IMG/VR virus record: IMGVR_UViG_3300020399_000132
Span: 32,001 to 96,000 of that record
Length of the DNA: 64,000 nucleotides
Reading direction: 5' to 3' (one strand)
DNA from: a virus
Lineage: Duplodnaviria > Caudoviricetes
The position numbers and the translations under genes were made by a program. Below, in pieces: positions 1 through 10,312 of this stretch (the first letter of the stretch is position 1; every line of letters begins with the position of its first letter). The notes beneath the pieces are model-generated. The model had not been told where the DNA came from and did no database searches. It was given only the letters and a program-made list of their open reading frames with translations.

Positions 1-1537
1 GTATTATTCCATGAGAATTAATAATATATGTTTGCAATTTTTTAAAAACTTCAACTAGTGGAACATTGATACATTTGCTTATATAACTTACAACGTCTTT
101 TAGAATAATATGATACCAAAAACATTCTATTATCCAATAAAACATCCAACACTTAATAACATCAGATTCTGACATTGAAGCGGTTTCTACTATTATATCA
201 GCATATTCTAAATGTTCATTTTTATATTTGTCTAAGCTGGTATATATACGCCTCTCGGAAAATTCCTTACTTACAAAATAATTATATGGCATATTTCTAA
301 CTTTGATTTTATATTTTTTTTGATATTCCGGCGCACCAAATTCGGAATTAGGAAGAACCATGGCTGGATATATCATCCCATCAGACGAATCATTTTGTAA
401 AAAATATTCCCAATCAGAAATAAAACTATTATATGTCATTCCCGGTAAAGGAATTATAAGTTCAACTTCAAAAGGCACATCATTTTGCTTTTGATTATCT
501 ACTATTAGATCTAGATCAGCTATGCTTAAATTATCTCGCCTAATATTAGCTAATGTATCATGATCAAAACTTTGTATAGCTACTCTGGGCGATGGTGTTT
601 TATCAAAGGGTAATGCCTCTCTGATTAATTTCTGAATTTCCGCAACTCCATTTTTTTTCGGTGGCGTCTTGGCATACCCTAAGGTTGGAAAAAATTCAGG
701 ATAGCCCTCTTTTTTGTAAACATCAACCAAATGTTGCACGAGTTCAATATCTCTTTTTTTAAATATACCAAAATTTGCATCAGATATCCACATTGCAAAC
801 ATTTTTTTATCCGCAATGTATGTAATTTCATCCTTACACCGATCTATATCAAATATTTTTACTTTTTGATAAGTTAATCCTCCCCAATCACAAAAAGAAC
901 ATCTAAAGGGGCATCCTCTATTAGATTCCCATGTAGCATGGAATTTTACATTGGGATGATCTGTCATTAATTTTTCAAAAAATCCAGTGAGATAAGGACT
1001 TGGTATTACATCAAGATCTTTCATTCTAGGATGGGAAGAAGTTCTCAGAATATCATTAGTATCATTTAATATGATCCCATTTATTTTAGAATAGTCTGGA
1101 ATATCATTAATTCCTTCTAATAAAACATTTTCAAAAATTTCTTCGCCTTCATTTACAACAGCAATATCAATATATGGGTGATCTTTAAACCACTTATCCT
1201 GTTTAATTGGTATATGAGGACCGCCAACAATAATAAGACAATTAGGATATAGTTCTTTAATTTTTTTTGCTATAATACATTGAAAGCTTGTATTCCAAAC
1301 ATAACAGCAAAATGCTACCACATCTGGATGATCTAAGGAATCTAATATATCATTTAAAGGTTCCCTAAACACAATAGTGTCTTTAAGAATATAATTATTT
1401 TTAATCAATTCATTGCGGTAAGCATATTCCCACAATACCCCTGCCGTATAAGGCAAGAAGGCCCACTCACATTCTGACATGCCCCCTATAGTTTCGTCAG
1501 CAGGGGTTATTTGACACATGTATAAATTTTTATTCAT
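1..1537 (-). CDS. B12-binding (cobalamin-dependent) radical SAM protein, partial (3' end runs off the window); not in the ORF track
   Basis: Hand translation from ATG at 1537 (overlaps the upstream TGA as ATGA): MNKNLYMCQITPADETIGGMSECEWAFLPYTAGVLWEYA..., GGPHIP, and the radical SAM motif RGCPFRCSFCDWGG; paralogue of 3754..5952. Confidence 0.85.
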   Translation of the reverse strand, partial: MNKNLYMCQITPADETIGGMSECEWAFLPYTAGVLWEYAYRNELIKNNYILKDTIVFREPLNDILDSLDHPDVVAFCCYVWNTSFQCIIAKKIKELYPNCLIIVGGPHIPIKQDKWFKDHPYIDIAVVNEGEEIFENVLLEGINDIPDYSKINGIILNDTNDILRTSSHPRMKDLDVIPSPYLTGFFEKLMTDHPNVKFHATWESNRGCPFRCSFCDWGGLTYQKVKIFDIDRCKDEITYIADKKMFAMWISDANFGIFKKRDIELVQHLVDVYKKEGYPEFFPTLGYAKTPPKKNGVAEIQKLIREALPFDKTPSPRVAIQSFDHDTLANIRRDNLSIADLDLIVDNQKQNDVPFEVELIIPLPGMTYNSFISDWEYFLQNDSSDGMIYPAMVLPNSEFGAPEYQKKYKIKVRNMPYNYFVSKEFSERRIYTSLDKYKNEHLEYADIIVETASMSESDVIKCWMFYWIIECFWYHIILKDVVSYISKCINVPLVEVFKKLQTYIINSHGII

Positions 1538-2460
1538 TGCAATGTATCATTAAAATCTATTTTTATAGTTGCATGATTATCATGAACGGCGCTGGATAAC
1601 GATTCATCCGGAACAATATTTAAATTATATCTATCCCAATAAAAACATTTTGATTTATCTTTAAAATTTGAATATATATCTTTCCATTCCAAATCTTTAG
1701 AATGTGTATCAAAAAATAAATCAAAAAATCTCTCATCTATGGGTTGGTATCTAACGTCTAAGGTACTCCGAACTTTAGATGATATATTATGATTGTTTCC
1801 ATGTTGAGTGAGGACATTGAACATTAAAAAATCTCCTGTTTGAAAATTATCAGAAACCCATTCTTCAAAGTTAGTTGGATGAAATGCAATCATCTGATTT
1901 TTTTCATGAAAATATCTTTGTTCTGGAGGAATTTCTCCAAGAATATGAGATTGAGAATTTATTTTCATGGTACCAAGCTCTATAGGAACGTCTCCAAAAG
2001 GAACCCATATCGTCCACAAATCATTTGACATTCCAGCATACCAATGATCTTGATGTGGTAATGTTGTCAATCTGGGATTATTAGGAAAAATTGTCCTTTG
2101 AACTAATCTGGGTATAGGTATGCAATCTTTGCCAGTAATTATTTTCATTACATCATAAAACATTTTTTGATGCATATATGAATGTAAATCTTCCAGATAA
2201 TTAATATCAGTAAAATATTCATCCGGCCCCACTCCGCCCGCATAAAACATATCTTGAAAATCTGTATTAAAATCTCCAGTTTCATCAATATAATTATATT
2301 TTAATAAAATTTCGTCTATTTGACGTTTAACATTTAAATTCTCTTCTACATCTAAACATTGTTTGAAAAAAAGATATCCATACTCATCTGCAAAATTTTT
2401 AATTTCTGAAACATTTCCATTTTTCCAATGCTCACTACAATCTATGAATTTTTTTACCAT
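1534..2460 (-). CDS. PhyH-family Fe(II)/2-oxoglutarate dioxygenase
   Basis: HQD motif, TIWVPF, GDFLMFNVLTQHG distal His, RSTLDVRY 2OG-binding Arg. Confidence 0.8.
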   Translation of the reverse strand: MVKKFIDCSEHWKNGNVSEIKNFADEYGYLFFKQCLDVEENLNVKRQIDEILLKYNYIDETGDFNTDFQDMFYAGGVGPDEYFTDINYLEDLHSYMHQKMFYDVMKIITGKDCIPIPRLVQRTIFPNNPRLTTLPHQDHWYAGMSNDLWTIWVPFGDVPIELGTMKINSQSHILGEIPPEQRYFHEKNQMIAFHPTNFEEWVSDNFQTGDFLMFNVLTQHGNNHNISSKVRSTLDVRYQPIDERFFDLFFDTHSKDLEWKDIYSNFKDKSKCFYWDRYNLNIVPDESLSSAVHDNHATIKIDFNDTLQ

Positions 2461-3149
2461 AAAACATCCAGTGCTCGAGGATTCAATGATATAAAAAACT
2501 GATATACATCATCAGCAAAGGCTAGCCCTTCGTGAGGTTTAATGGAATCATGTAAATAAAACCGGCCTTGTTCTATATGCGATTCGCTTACCATTTTACC
2601 ATCTTTTTCATAACGTATAACCATGCCGTCGGGATTAGTAGTGCCCCATAATTTAATCCATTGTGTTGGATGCCATGTATCTATATGTTTTTTAAAATGG
2701 CCCAAATAATCCCATTTGAGTATGCAGCTTCTATACATATAAGGCGATAATTCACTTAATGCAGATAGGCTAGAAATCTTTAATGCATCGGTTGGCACTT
2801 TAAAATGTTTTTCATTCACAATGCTGTCCATATCAATTTCCCGAGAATTCCATTCTTTCCATTTAATTAGATGATCATCTGTCCATTCTTTATATTTAAA
2901 TTGTGGATATTCTAATAAAAAATTCCATCTATCTAATGGATAACACGCAGGGTCATCTTTTTTAAAAATACCATCTTCATTGATTAAAGGAACCGCGGAT
3001 CTTGGAAATTCTAGGTGAACATCTCCCCACGGTAGAAAATTAAATTTGGATATTTCTTTTACAAATATTTCACTATCTATTTTTAACTTTGTGGGAACTA
3101 AATTTTGGGTATGATATGTGTAATATTCTTTTTCCGTTAAGACTTCCAT
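2454..3149 (-). CDS. Putative 2OG-Fe(II) oxygenase-like (double-stranded beta-helix) protein
   Basis: HID...H (KPHEG) metal triad pattern in the C-terminal half; located in the tailoring-enzyme cluster. Confidence 0.45.
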   Translation of the reverse strand: MEVLTEKEYYTYHTQNLVPTKLKIDSEIFVKEISKFNFLPWGDVHLEFPRSAVPLINEDGIFKKDDPACYPLDRWNFLLEYPQFKYKEWTDDHLIKWKEWNSREIDMDSIVNEKHFKVPTDALKISSLSALSELSPYMYRSCILKWDYLGHFKKHIDTWHPTQWIKLWGTTNPDGMVIRYEKDGKMVSESHIEQGRFYLHDSIKPHEGLAFADDVYQFFISLNPRALDVLW

Positions 3150-3757
3150 GTATCATTCTTTATCTGAGTTGATCTAGTCAAAAATTCTCCTGTGTCAAGG
3201 TCAAATGTATCACCTGTATTTACACCATCAACAAATAATGTATCTTCGTGTTCCAAATAATATGGTGATTCTTGAAAATTAAAAATAGAATTATTTGACA
3301 TCATTACGGGCGGAATACATTCTGTTGAGCCATATATGTTCCAAATCTTTTCCGCGCCAGTTGCTTTCATTAATGAAATATCTTCATCGGTAACTGGAGC
3401 AGAGCCTGTAGAAAAATTTTTAACAAATTCAAGATTTGGTTTTCTTCTTTTAACAAGAATCCTCCATGTTCCAACTGCTAATGTAAGAACTGTTGGTTTA
3501 ACTTCTTCTACAACATCCCAGAATTTCAAAGGTTCCATTTTAATATTTACTATTTCACAATGTGTAATTTTTGCAGGTATTATACAAAACGCCCAACTTG
3601 CTATAGTCCATGTCGGAAAGGGATTTAGGATAACATCTCGATTATCTATTCCCCATTTTTCAACTAACCAATTTCCTGCTTTATAAAAATCCCCCATGTG
3701 GTGCGTAACTTTTTTTTGTTTTCCTGTGGAGCCGCTACTATACATAGATATTTTCAT
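3137..3757 (-). CDS. Minimal AMP-binding (adenylate-forming) enzyme
   Basis: SSGSTGKQK P-loop, YGSTE and TGD motifs; only 206 aa. Confidence 0.7.
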   Translation of the reverse strand: MKISMYSSGSTGKQKKVTHHMGDFYKAGNWLVEKWGIDNRDVILNPFPTWTIASWAFCIIPAKITHCEIVNIKMEPLKFWDVVEEVKPTVLTLAVGTWRILVKRRKPNLEFVKNFSTGSAPVTDEDISLMKATGAEKIWNIYGSTECIPPVMMSNNSIFNFQESPYYLEHEDTLFVDGVNTGDTFDLDTGEFLTRSTQIKNDTWKS

Positions 3758-5952
3758 AAATTATATCTCCAAATATTTTGTTTTACGTTATTAAATATTT
3801 TGCATTCTACTAAATCCACAATACCTTTTTGGGATAACTTTTTCATAATGTTTGAAAATTTATAACTCCTGACACCGGTTTTAGAATCTACATTATTTGT
3901 TAAATAATATGGACCGACACCACCAGTAATTTCCTTTTGGATGTTTATATGGCTCCATTGATACGAACTTTGTGTAATATCTCTCGATACTTTTTTTACA
4001 TATCCAGGAAGAGAAGCGCCTCTGAATAATAAGCGGTATCCTTTTAATTCTTCCTCCCATTTAACCCCACTCATAGAAATTAAAGTTGAACCTATAAAAG
4101 TTCCCACCCATTTGGCTTCATTATATTTGATACTTTTTAAACTCACATTATTATTGTATCTTGAATATGAACATTCAACTAAAAATTCCAATATTATCAG
4201 TAAATCATCATCATTTAATAATCTATTCCCACATACCATACTACTTCCAAACCGGTTCGGATGCAGCCGACCATAACCCGCACTTAAATTATATATATGT
4301 TTATTAAAATATATGGATATAAAATTTTCAATGTCCTTTAAAACTAAAATAATATTTTGTCGAAGATACTTGATGGAACGTGTATTATCAACCACATGAT
4401 CATAGTCATCATATGTATTATGAATATTATTTTTTATTTGATTATATAATACGCCTATGGTTGTTGTTTGCATATCTTGAAACTTGGAAGTGATGAATAT
4501 CGGATCACTTTCTAAATAATCTTGAAATTTAACAAAAAAATCTTTTAATGTAACTTCATCTTTTAAATAATCATAATATATGTATTTTAATATTCGTTGT
4601 TCTCCAAACCAAAAATTCATAACAATCCATGCGAACATCCAGCCTTTAACAACATCTTCATAAGACATAGATTTCAAAGAAGTAATTATTTCACATTCTT
4701 CCATGTCGACATTAAAAGGGATAATTTTTGTTTTTATTTTAAAACGTTCCCTATAAGATTTATCATTAAGTTCCGCGTTAGGTAAAATCAAACAAGGATA
4801 TACGTTTATTTTTAATTTTTTAACAGGCATTAACGCGGATAACTCATCAACCCACCCATCATACGTAGTACCTGGTAAGGGGTATATTAATTCAACTTCT
4901 CTCTCTGTAGAATCCATCTTATCTGCATTGACAATGCTCATATTTTTTCTTTTAATATTAGATAAAACTTCTGGATTGGTAGATTGTAAAGCTACTCTAG
5001 GAACAGTATTATTATTCTCAACACCCTCTAATAATCGTTGTTGTATTTGTAATGAAGAATTTTTACTTGGTGGTGTTTTTGCATAACCTGAGTGTGCTAT
5101 TTTTTTGGGATAGCCTGTGGCTTCATGATATCCCACTGCCTTATCTATTATATTATAATCTCTTTCTTTAAATATGCCCAAATTACTATTTGTGAACCAA
5201 AGATAATTTATTTTATTACGACTAACCCATTCGAATTCTTTAAATAATCGCGGCTCATCAAATTTTATCATTTTTTGTGCAGTTAAACTACCCCAATCAC
5301 AAAAAGTACATTTAAATGGACAACCTCTATCCATCTCAACGGTAGCGTGAAAATTAACCGAAGGATTTTTTAATATAATATTATTAAAAAGACCCGACAA
5401 ATATGGACTAGGGATTGTATTAATATCTTTAATTCTGGAAGCCGGCTTCGTTTTAAAAATTTTATTATTTTTTCTAAAAATAAGACCCGGTATCTCAGAA
5501 AAATCTTTTTTATTAAAATATTCTAATAAAATTTGTTCAAAGACTTTTTCTCCTTCTCCCACAACACCAATATCTACATAGTCATGCGAATTATACCATT
5601 TGCTATCATTAGAATTAGGCACATGTGGTCCGCCACAAATAATCAAACAATTAGGATACTTTTTTTTTATTTTTTTTAATATATAAAGGTGCTTATTAGA
5701 ATTCCACATATAATTACTAGTAGCAACTATATCTGGTTGTCCCATATTATCAATATAATAATCTAAATTATCTATATTAAACACTAAATCTTTTAATATA
5801 AAATTATCGGATATTATTTTATTTTGTAAACAATAAGACCAAAGAAGGCCGACGGAATATGGTAAAAATGCCGATTTATTACTTGACATTTCAGTGCCAG
5901 TTGAAGAGTCTATTAAAGGAGCCGTTAATTGTAATAGATATATATTTTTCAT
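3754..5952 (-). CDS. B12-binding radical SAM protein with C-terminal extension
   Basis: N-terminal B12-binding-like region (GGPHVP, GEGE) and RGCPFKCTFCDWG CxxxCxxC motif. Confidence 0.85.
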   Translation of the reverse strand: MKNIYLLQLTAPLIDSSTGTEMSSNKSAFLPYSVGLLWSYCLQNKIISDNFILKDLVFNIDNLDYYIDNMGQPDIVATSNYMWNSNKHLYILKKIKKKYPNCLIICGGPHVPNSNDSKWYNSHDYVDIGVVGEGEKVFEQILLEYFNKKDFSEIPGLIFRKNNKIFKTKPASRIKDINTIPSPYLSGLFNNIILKNPSVNFHATVEMDRGCPFKCTFCDWGSLTAQKMIKFDEPRLFKEFEWVSRNKINYLWFTNSNLGIFKERDYNIIDKAVGYHEATGYPKKIAHSGYAKTPPSKNSSLQIQQRLLEGVENNNTVPRVALQSTNPEVLSNIKRKNMSIVNADKMDSTEREVELIYPLPGTTYDGWVDELSALMPVKKLKINVYPCLILPNAELNDKSYRERFKIKTKIIPFNVDMEECEIITSLKSMSYEDVVKGWMFAWIVMNFWFGEQRILKYIYYDYLKDEVTLKDFFVKFQDYLESDPIFITSKFQDMQTTTIGVLYNQIKNNIHNTYDDYDHVVDNTRSIKYLRQNIILVLKDIENFISIYFNKHIYNLSAGYGRLHPNRFGSSMVCGNRLLNDDDLLIILEFLVECSYSRYNNNVSLKSIKYNEAKWVGTFIGSTLISMSGVKWEEELKGYRLLFRGASLPGYVKKVSRDITQSSYQWSHINIQKEITGGVGPYYLTNNVDSKTGVRSYKFSNIMKKLSQKGIVDLVECKIFNNVKQNIWRYNL

Positions 5953-6962
5953 GCCGCGGCATCATTTAAAAATTTATAAGAATAGTTTTCCCTAAAAAAA
6001 TTAATTTGATATTTGGGTTTATTCAATGTATGATATTTTTTTAAAGATCTCCAATATTCAGTATGATCATTTTTAGAAGAAGTGTAAAACAATTCTAAAA
6101 AATCATATACATGCCGACACAATCTAACATATGAACGATTAAATATTTCCTCTTTATTTTTTTTATATTTTAATTTTTCAATAGTTTCTATCGCCCATGT
6201 TATTAGAAAAAGTCCTGTAGCTTCAAGAGGTTCTGCAAATCCACAACTTAATCCCACAGATACGGTATTCCCCAACCACGGAGTTAAACAATATCTATTA
6301 TTAAAGGGAATGGCGTGAATGTCTTCGGCTTTAACATTACCTACATTTTTATTTTTAAATTCTTCAATGGCATCATTTACACTTATAAAATTATTATTAA
6401 AAACATACCCATTACCACTCCTTGATCTTAAATCTACATTCCACATCCACCCATAATCCATAGCGAAAGTGTTTGTTATAGATTGACAATTAGAATCACC
6501 AGGCGCGAAGAGGGCCATATTATTAGACAGAGTTTTATAAGAACCAAATTGTTTATTTTTAGAAAAATCACTATTGAATCCAGTACAATCTATTACTAGA
6601 TCAGGATTATCCACTTTACATAATCTAGGTCGCGTTATTTCTTCTAGAAGAATAATCATTTTTAACGCATCTAAATGATAAGCATGCATATTATTGGGAA
6701 ACGGGTGTATCCAATCAGTTTTATGCCAACCATGATGTTTAATACCATATTTAATTACGCCGTCACACTTATTAATTACATCATCTTCAGATATTCCACA
6801 ATAATCAAAGAATTTAACTAGTCCAGGTAATGTACTTTCTCCAACACCTATAGGTTTGGAATTTTTAGGAAGTTTTATTTCAACTTTATTAGTTTGGGAT
6901 AAATATGCGGCAGCTAACCAACCGGCGCTTCCACCTCCTAAAATTATTATGTTCATAGACAA
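5949..6962 (-). CDS. Flavin-dependent tryptophan halogenase-like protein (short form)
   Basis: GGGSAGW FAD motif, IGVGEST, KYGIK catalytic-Lys region, GWMWNV, FAEPLEATG. Confidence 0.8.
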   Translation of the reverse strand: MSMNIIILGGGSAGWLAAAYLSQTNKVEIKLPKNSKPIGVGESTLPGLVKFFDYCGISEDDVINKCDGVIKYGIKHHGWHKTDWIHPFPNNMHAYHLDALKMIILLEEITRPRLCKVDNPDLVIDCTGFNSDFSKNKQFGSYKTLSNNMALFAPGDSNCQSITNTFAMDYGWMWNVDLRSRSGNGYVFNNNFISVNDAIEEFKNKNVGNVKAEDIHAIPFNNRYCLTPWLGNTVSVGLSCGFAEPLEATGLFLITWAIETIEKLKYKKNKEEIFNRSYVRLCRHVYDFLELFYTSSKNDHTEYWRSLKKYHTLNKPKYQINFFRENYSYKFLNDAAA

Positions 6963-7594
6963 AGCTTCGTCCTTCTATAAGTTATATCCCATGACTTAAA
7001 TTCTTGCAATGATTCTATCTTATAACCAAAACTATTTAAATATACTTCAATATCTTCTTCACTATGTCCATACTGTTTTAATTGATGAGGATATGCTTGA
7101 TATACTATTGTAGGTAAATATTTTTCAATAGTTCTTTCTAATCCTAACAATGCTTCATATTCCATACCTTTTATATGCATTTGTATAAAAGTAATATTTT
7201 TAAAATCGAAATCATCAATAACTTTTACTATTACTTCTTCGCCTTCTTCTTCATTTAATTGATAACCTCCATAATTACCTTCTTGATCAGGCTTAGCAAA
7301 TTTTTTGCTTTGTTTAGAAGCTGCGGCAAATGGAAATATTTTTACATCGGGTACATTTTGTCTTAAACATTCACAATTACTTTCTATAGGTTCCCAAGCA
7401 TACACTTCATCAAACTTTTTAGTTAATTGCCTACTCCAAATACCAACATGAGCTCCTACATCAATAGCATTACCCTTAGGTACTGATTTAAGTATTTCTC
7501 TATGAATACTACCATCCATAGGAAAACCGCTTGAATGCATATATTCAAAAAATGAATCATCATCTTGTATGTAAAAGTTGCCTATCTTCTTCAT
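6953..7594 (-). CDS. FkbM-family SAM-dependent methyltransferase
   Basis: IDVGAHVGIWS and WEP motifs; ATG at 7594 (MKKIGNF) overlaps the upstream stop and is more likely than the GTG at 7615. Confidence 0.8.
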   Translation of the reverse strand: MKKIGNFYIQDDDSFFEYMHSSGFPMDGSIHREILKSVPKGNAIDVGAHVGIWSRQLTKKFDEVYAWEPIESNCECLRQNVPDVKIFPFAAASKQSKKFAKPDQEGNYGGYQLNEEEGEEVIVKVIDDFDFKNITFIQMHIKGMEYEALLGLERTIEKYLPTIVYQAYPHQLKQYGHSEEDIEVYLNSFGYKIESLQEFKSWDITYRRTKLCL

Positions 7595-7761
7595 TTCCCT
7601 CCGCGCTTCTTCCACTGCTCAGGATACTTTTCTCGTAATATCTCATCTATAGAATCTTCAAATGCTTTGCTGTTTCTGCCTGGTTTATAAGTACAAGGAA
7701 ATTTAAAATCTTTATTCCCAAAGTTTTTTTTCCAAAAGTTAACTATCTTGTTTATTATCAT
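7591..7761 (-). CDS. Small 56-aa basic protein (not in the ORF track)
   Basis: MIINKIVNFWKKNFGNKDFKFPCTYKPGRNSKAFEDSIDEILREKYPEQWKKRGGK; fills the gap exactly with ATGA overlaps at both ends. Confidence 0.65.
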   Translation of the reverse strand: MIINKIVNFWKKNFGNKDFKFPCTYKPGRNSKAFEDSIDEILREKYPEQWKKRGGK

Positions 7762-9182
7762 ACATGTACCATAGTCAAAAAATCATCATGTGTAATATTG
7801 TTTGAATAATCTATATCGTAATCAGGCTCTGTCCAATCTACATATTTCATATTTTTTGTTTTGTTTAAGTACGGTTTTTCGTAACCAATTAACATTGATG
7901 CAAGGTTAAAATGATTAAAAATGGTTTCTCCTTTTTTACAATATCTCTTTTTAGAAAGAAACATATTCAAATAATCATTATATTCTTCAATGTTTTGTTG
8001 ATTATTCCAATATCTCCAAAATTCGGAATCAGTTCTGTCACTCAATGTATAATGATATTTTACAAATTCTTTTGAATGTTTGAGAAATCTTTTAAGATGC
8101 CTAGATAAAACTTTAGATTCTTTTGAAGTCCATTTCTTTTTCTTTTTATATTGGTCTACAAAATTAATTACCGTCACACAGGTTAACATCAATGAAGTCG
8201 CTTCCATAGGTTCTATAAAACTCTGTGCCAGCCCATTTGATATGCAATTATCGACCGCAACAGTTTTCATAGATCCATTTTCATATTTTATGCAATCAAA
8301 TACAAAATCTATTTGGCCATTCCAAGCATCCTTTAAAATTTTTCTTGCCTCATCATCAGTAGTAAAATAATCTGAATAGATAAATCCCCCCGCAGTTCTA
8401 TTACGTGTGTTCACATCCCACAACCATCCATCAGGTTTTGCAGTCAATTCCGTATAAATTTTATGTTGTTTAGGAACACCTCTGACTTTTCCAGCAACAA
8501 ATTTATTACAAATCATGTCATCATAACTTTCATAATCAGACAATTTTGAAATCAAAACTCTATTAAAACCAGAGCAATCAAAAAATACATCACCATATAC
8601 GGTTTGACCATTTTCTAAACGTAAAAATTCTATACCATTTTCATTTATGCAAACATCTTTTACACCACTGGGAATTAATGTGTAATCTTTGAGATGTTTC
8701 TGTAATGTCGCTCCAAATTTATCTGCTAATATTTGATATGCATGTCCTGGTCGATCACTAATTGTTTTTGGATAAGGAGTTAAATTTTTATCAAGCAAAT
8801 ATTGTTGAGGACCGTGAAATAAATTAAAATATTTTGTGGACATATCTAAATTATTAATACAATACTCAACAGAATCTACTTTTGTTTCTGAAAATTCGAA
8901 AGCATCTTCAAATAAATGATACCACACGCTACCTGAATAATTCCAATCATTAAATTTAATTCCATATTTAAATGTAGCATCACTATCTTTTAACCAAACA
9001 TTTTCTGAAATATTTGCATTTTCGGCTATCAAACGCAATGTCGGTGTTACTGTTTCGCCAACACCAATCGGGTTATTTTGCTCTTCATGAATAACTGTCA
9101 ACTCACAATCAATAGAATTTTTTATATAACTAGCAGTTGTCCAACCTGCGGAACCACCACCGACTACTACGATTCTAACCAT
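7758..9182 (-). CDS. Flavin-dependent tryptophan halogenase-like protein
   Basis: GGGSAGW, IGVGET, ATFKYGIKF, FFDCSGF, GWLWDV, FIEPMEATS. Confidence 0.85.
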   Translation of the reverse strand: MVRIVVVGGGSAGWTTASYIKNSIDCELTVIHEEQNNPIGVGETVTPTLRLIAENANISENVWLKDSDATFKYGIKFNDWNYSGSVWYHLFEDAFEFSETKVDSVEYCINNLDMSTKYFNLFHGPQQYLLDKNLTPYPKTISDRPGHAYQILADKFGATLQKHLKDYTLIPSGVKDVCINENGIEFLRLENGQTVYGDVFFDCSGFNRVLISKLSDYESYDDMICNKFVAGKVRGVPKQHKIYTELTAKPDGWLWDVNTRNRTAGGFIYSDYFTTDDEARKILKDAWNGQIDFVFDCIKYENGSMKTVAVDNCISNGLAQSFIEPMEATSLMLTCVTVINFVDQYKKKKKWTSKESKVLSRHLKRFLKHSKEFVKYHYTLSDRTDSEFWRYWNNQQNIEEYNDYLNMFLSKKRYCKKGETIFNHFNLASMLIGYEKPYLNKTKNMKYVDWTEPDYDIDYSNNITHDDFLTMVHV

Positions 9183-10312
9183 TGTGTTAAATATGGATGT
9201 AAATAATTTTGAAATTGTTGATTTCGGGAAAAATCAAATAATGTAATTTCTTTAAGCATTTTCTTTTTATTTTCCACATTTCTTTTAAAATATGAATTGC
9301 GTATTTGATTAAACTTTTTCGAATCTATCCGAGGAACTTTTTCTAACAATTGTCTACTTAGATGAATCGGACTTATACCTCGATTATCTGGATATACTTC
9401 ACAATATGAAACATAAACTTTTTTAGGTAAGGTGCAACACCATTGCCAATGATTAAGTAAATCTAAAATATTTAAAGCAGAAACAACAACTGCAATATTA
9501 ACTCTTCCTAAATTTGTAGAAGTTCTTAAAAATAATCTTATAGATTTATCTAGGTCATCAAATGATTGAGGATATCTTATATATTCGTAACCTTCTTCTA
9601 CCGAATCTATACTTAATTTAGGATGTTGCTTTTTAAATTTATTTAATTTTTCAATTAATTGATCGTTAAATAATGTCCCATTAGTATGATATGCGAGAAT
9701 GGTATTTTTAGCCCAACCTTCACTAATATATTTATCAAGGAGTTTTAAAACTTGTGCATCAAAAAAAGGTTCCCCTCCGCTGAATCTAAGTTCCTTTAAG
9801 GGATTATTTAAAAGCCAATTATATTGTTTTGAATTAGAAGTTTTGGGAATTTCAATTCGCCCTCTAAATTTACCAGATGTAGACTCTTCAACTTCATGAA
9901 GTAAACCTTCTCTGCTAAAGAATTCATAATCTAACATTAATCTATGACTCGTTTGGGGATCACACATTCTACATGCCAGATTGCATTTATTAGAAAAAAT
10001 GAAATCAACTACATCTAATTTTCCTCTAGGAATAGTATCATCATTATGGATTCTGAAAGATTCTATACCTCTTTCTTCCATATCCCAACAAGTTTTACAA
10101 AATGGATGTTTTTTATTATTAGATAAAGCTTCACGTAATTCTTTAAATTGTTTTGAATTAAAAGCTTCTTCGGGGGTAAGATCTGTCTCTTCCCATTCCA
10201 TTGGATCTTCCCAATCAGGGCGCGACATATTACAACAAGGATGAAACCATTTAATTTTGTCTCCATCCCAATCTCTAATTGTAATTTGTTTAAAGGGATA
10301 ACTACATAACAT
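9167..10312 (-). CDS. Radical SAM protein with N-terminal twitch/SPASM-like Cys domain
   Basis: CNLACRMC, FSGGEPF and HTNG motifs; N-terminal C...PCC...CKTC. Confidence 0.85.
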   Translation of the reverse strand: MLCSYPFKQITIRDWDGDKIKWFHPCCNMSRPDWEDPMEWEETDLTPEEAFNSKQFKELREALSNNKKHPFCKTCWDMEERGIESFRIHNDDTIPRGKLDVVDFIFSNKCNLACRMCDPQTSHRLMLDYEFFSREGLLHEVEESTSGKFRGRIEIPKTSNSKQYNWLLNNPLKELRFSGGEPFFDAQVLKLLDKYISEGWAKNTILAYHTNGTLFNDQLIEKLNKFKKQHPKLSIDSVEEGYEYIRYPQSFDDLDKSIRLFLRTSTNLGRVNIAVVVSALNILDLLNHWQWCCTLPKKVYVSYCEVYPDNRGISPIHLSRQLLEKVPRIDSKKFNQIRNSYFKRNVENKKKMLKEITLFDFSRNQQFQNYLHPYLTQWLES

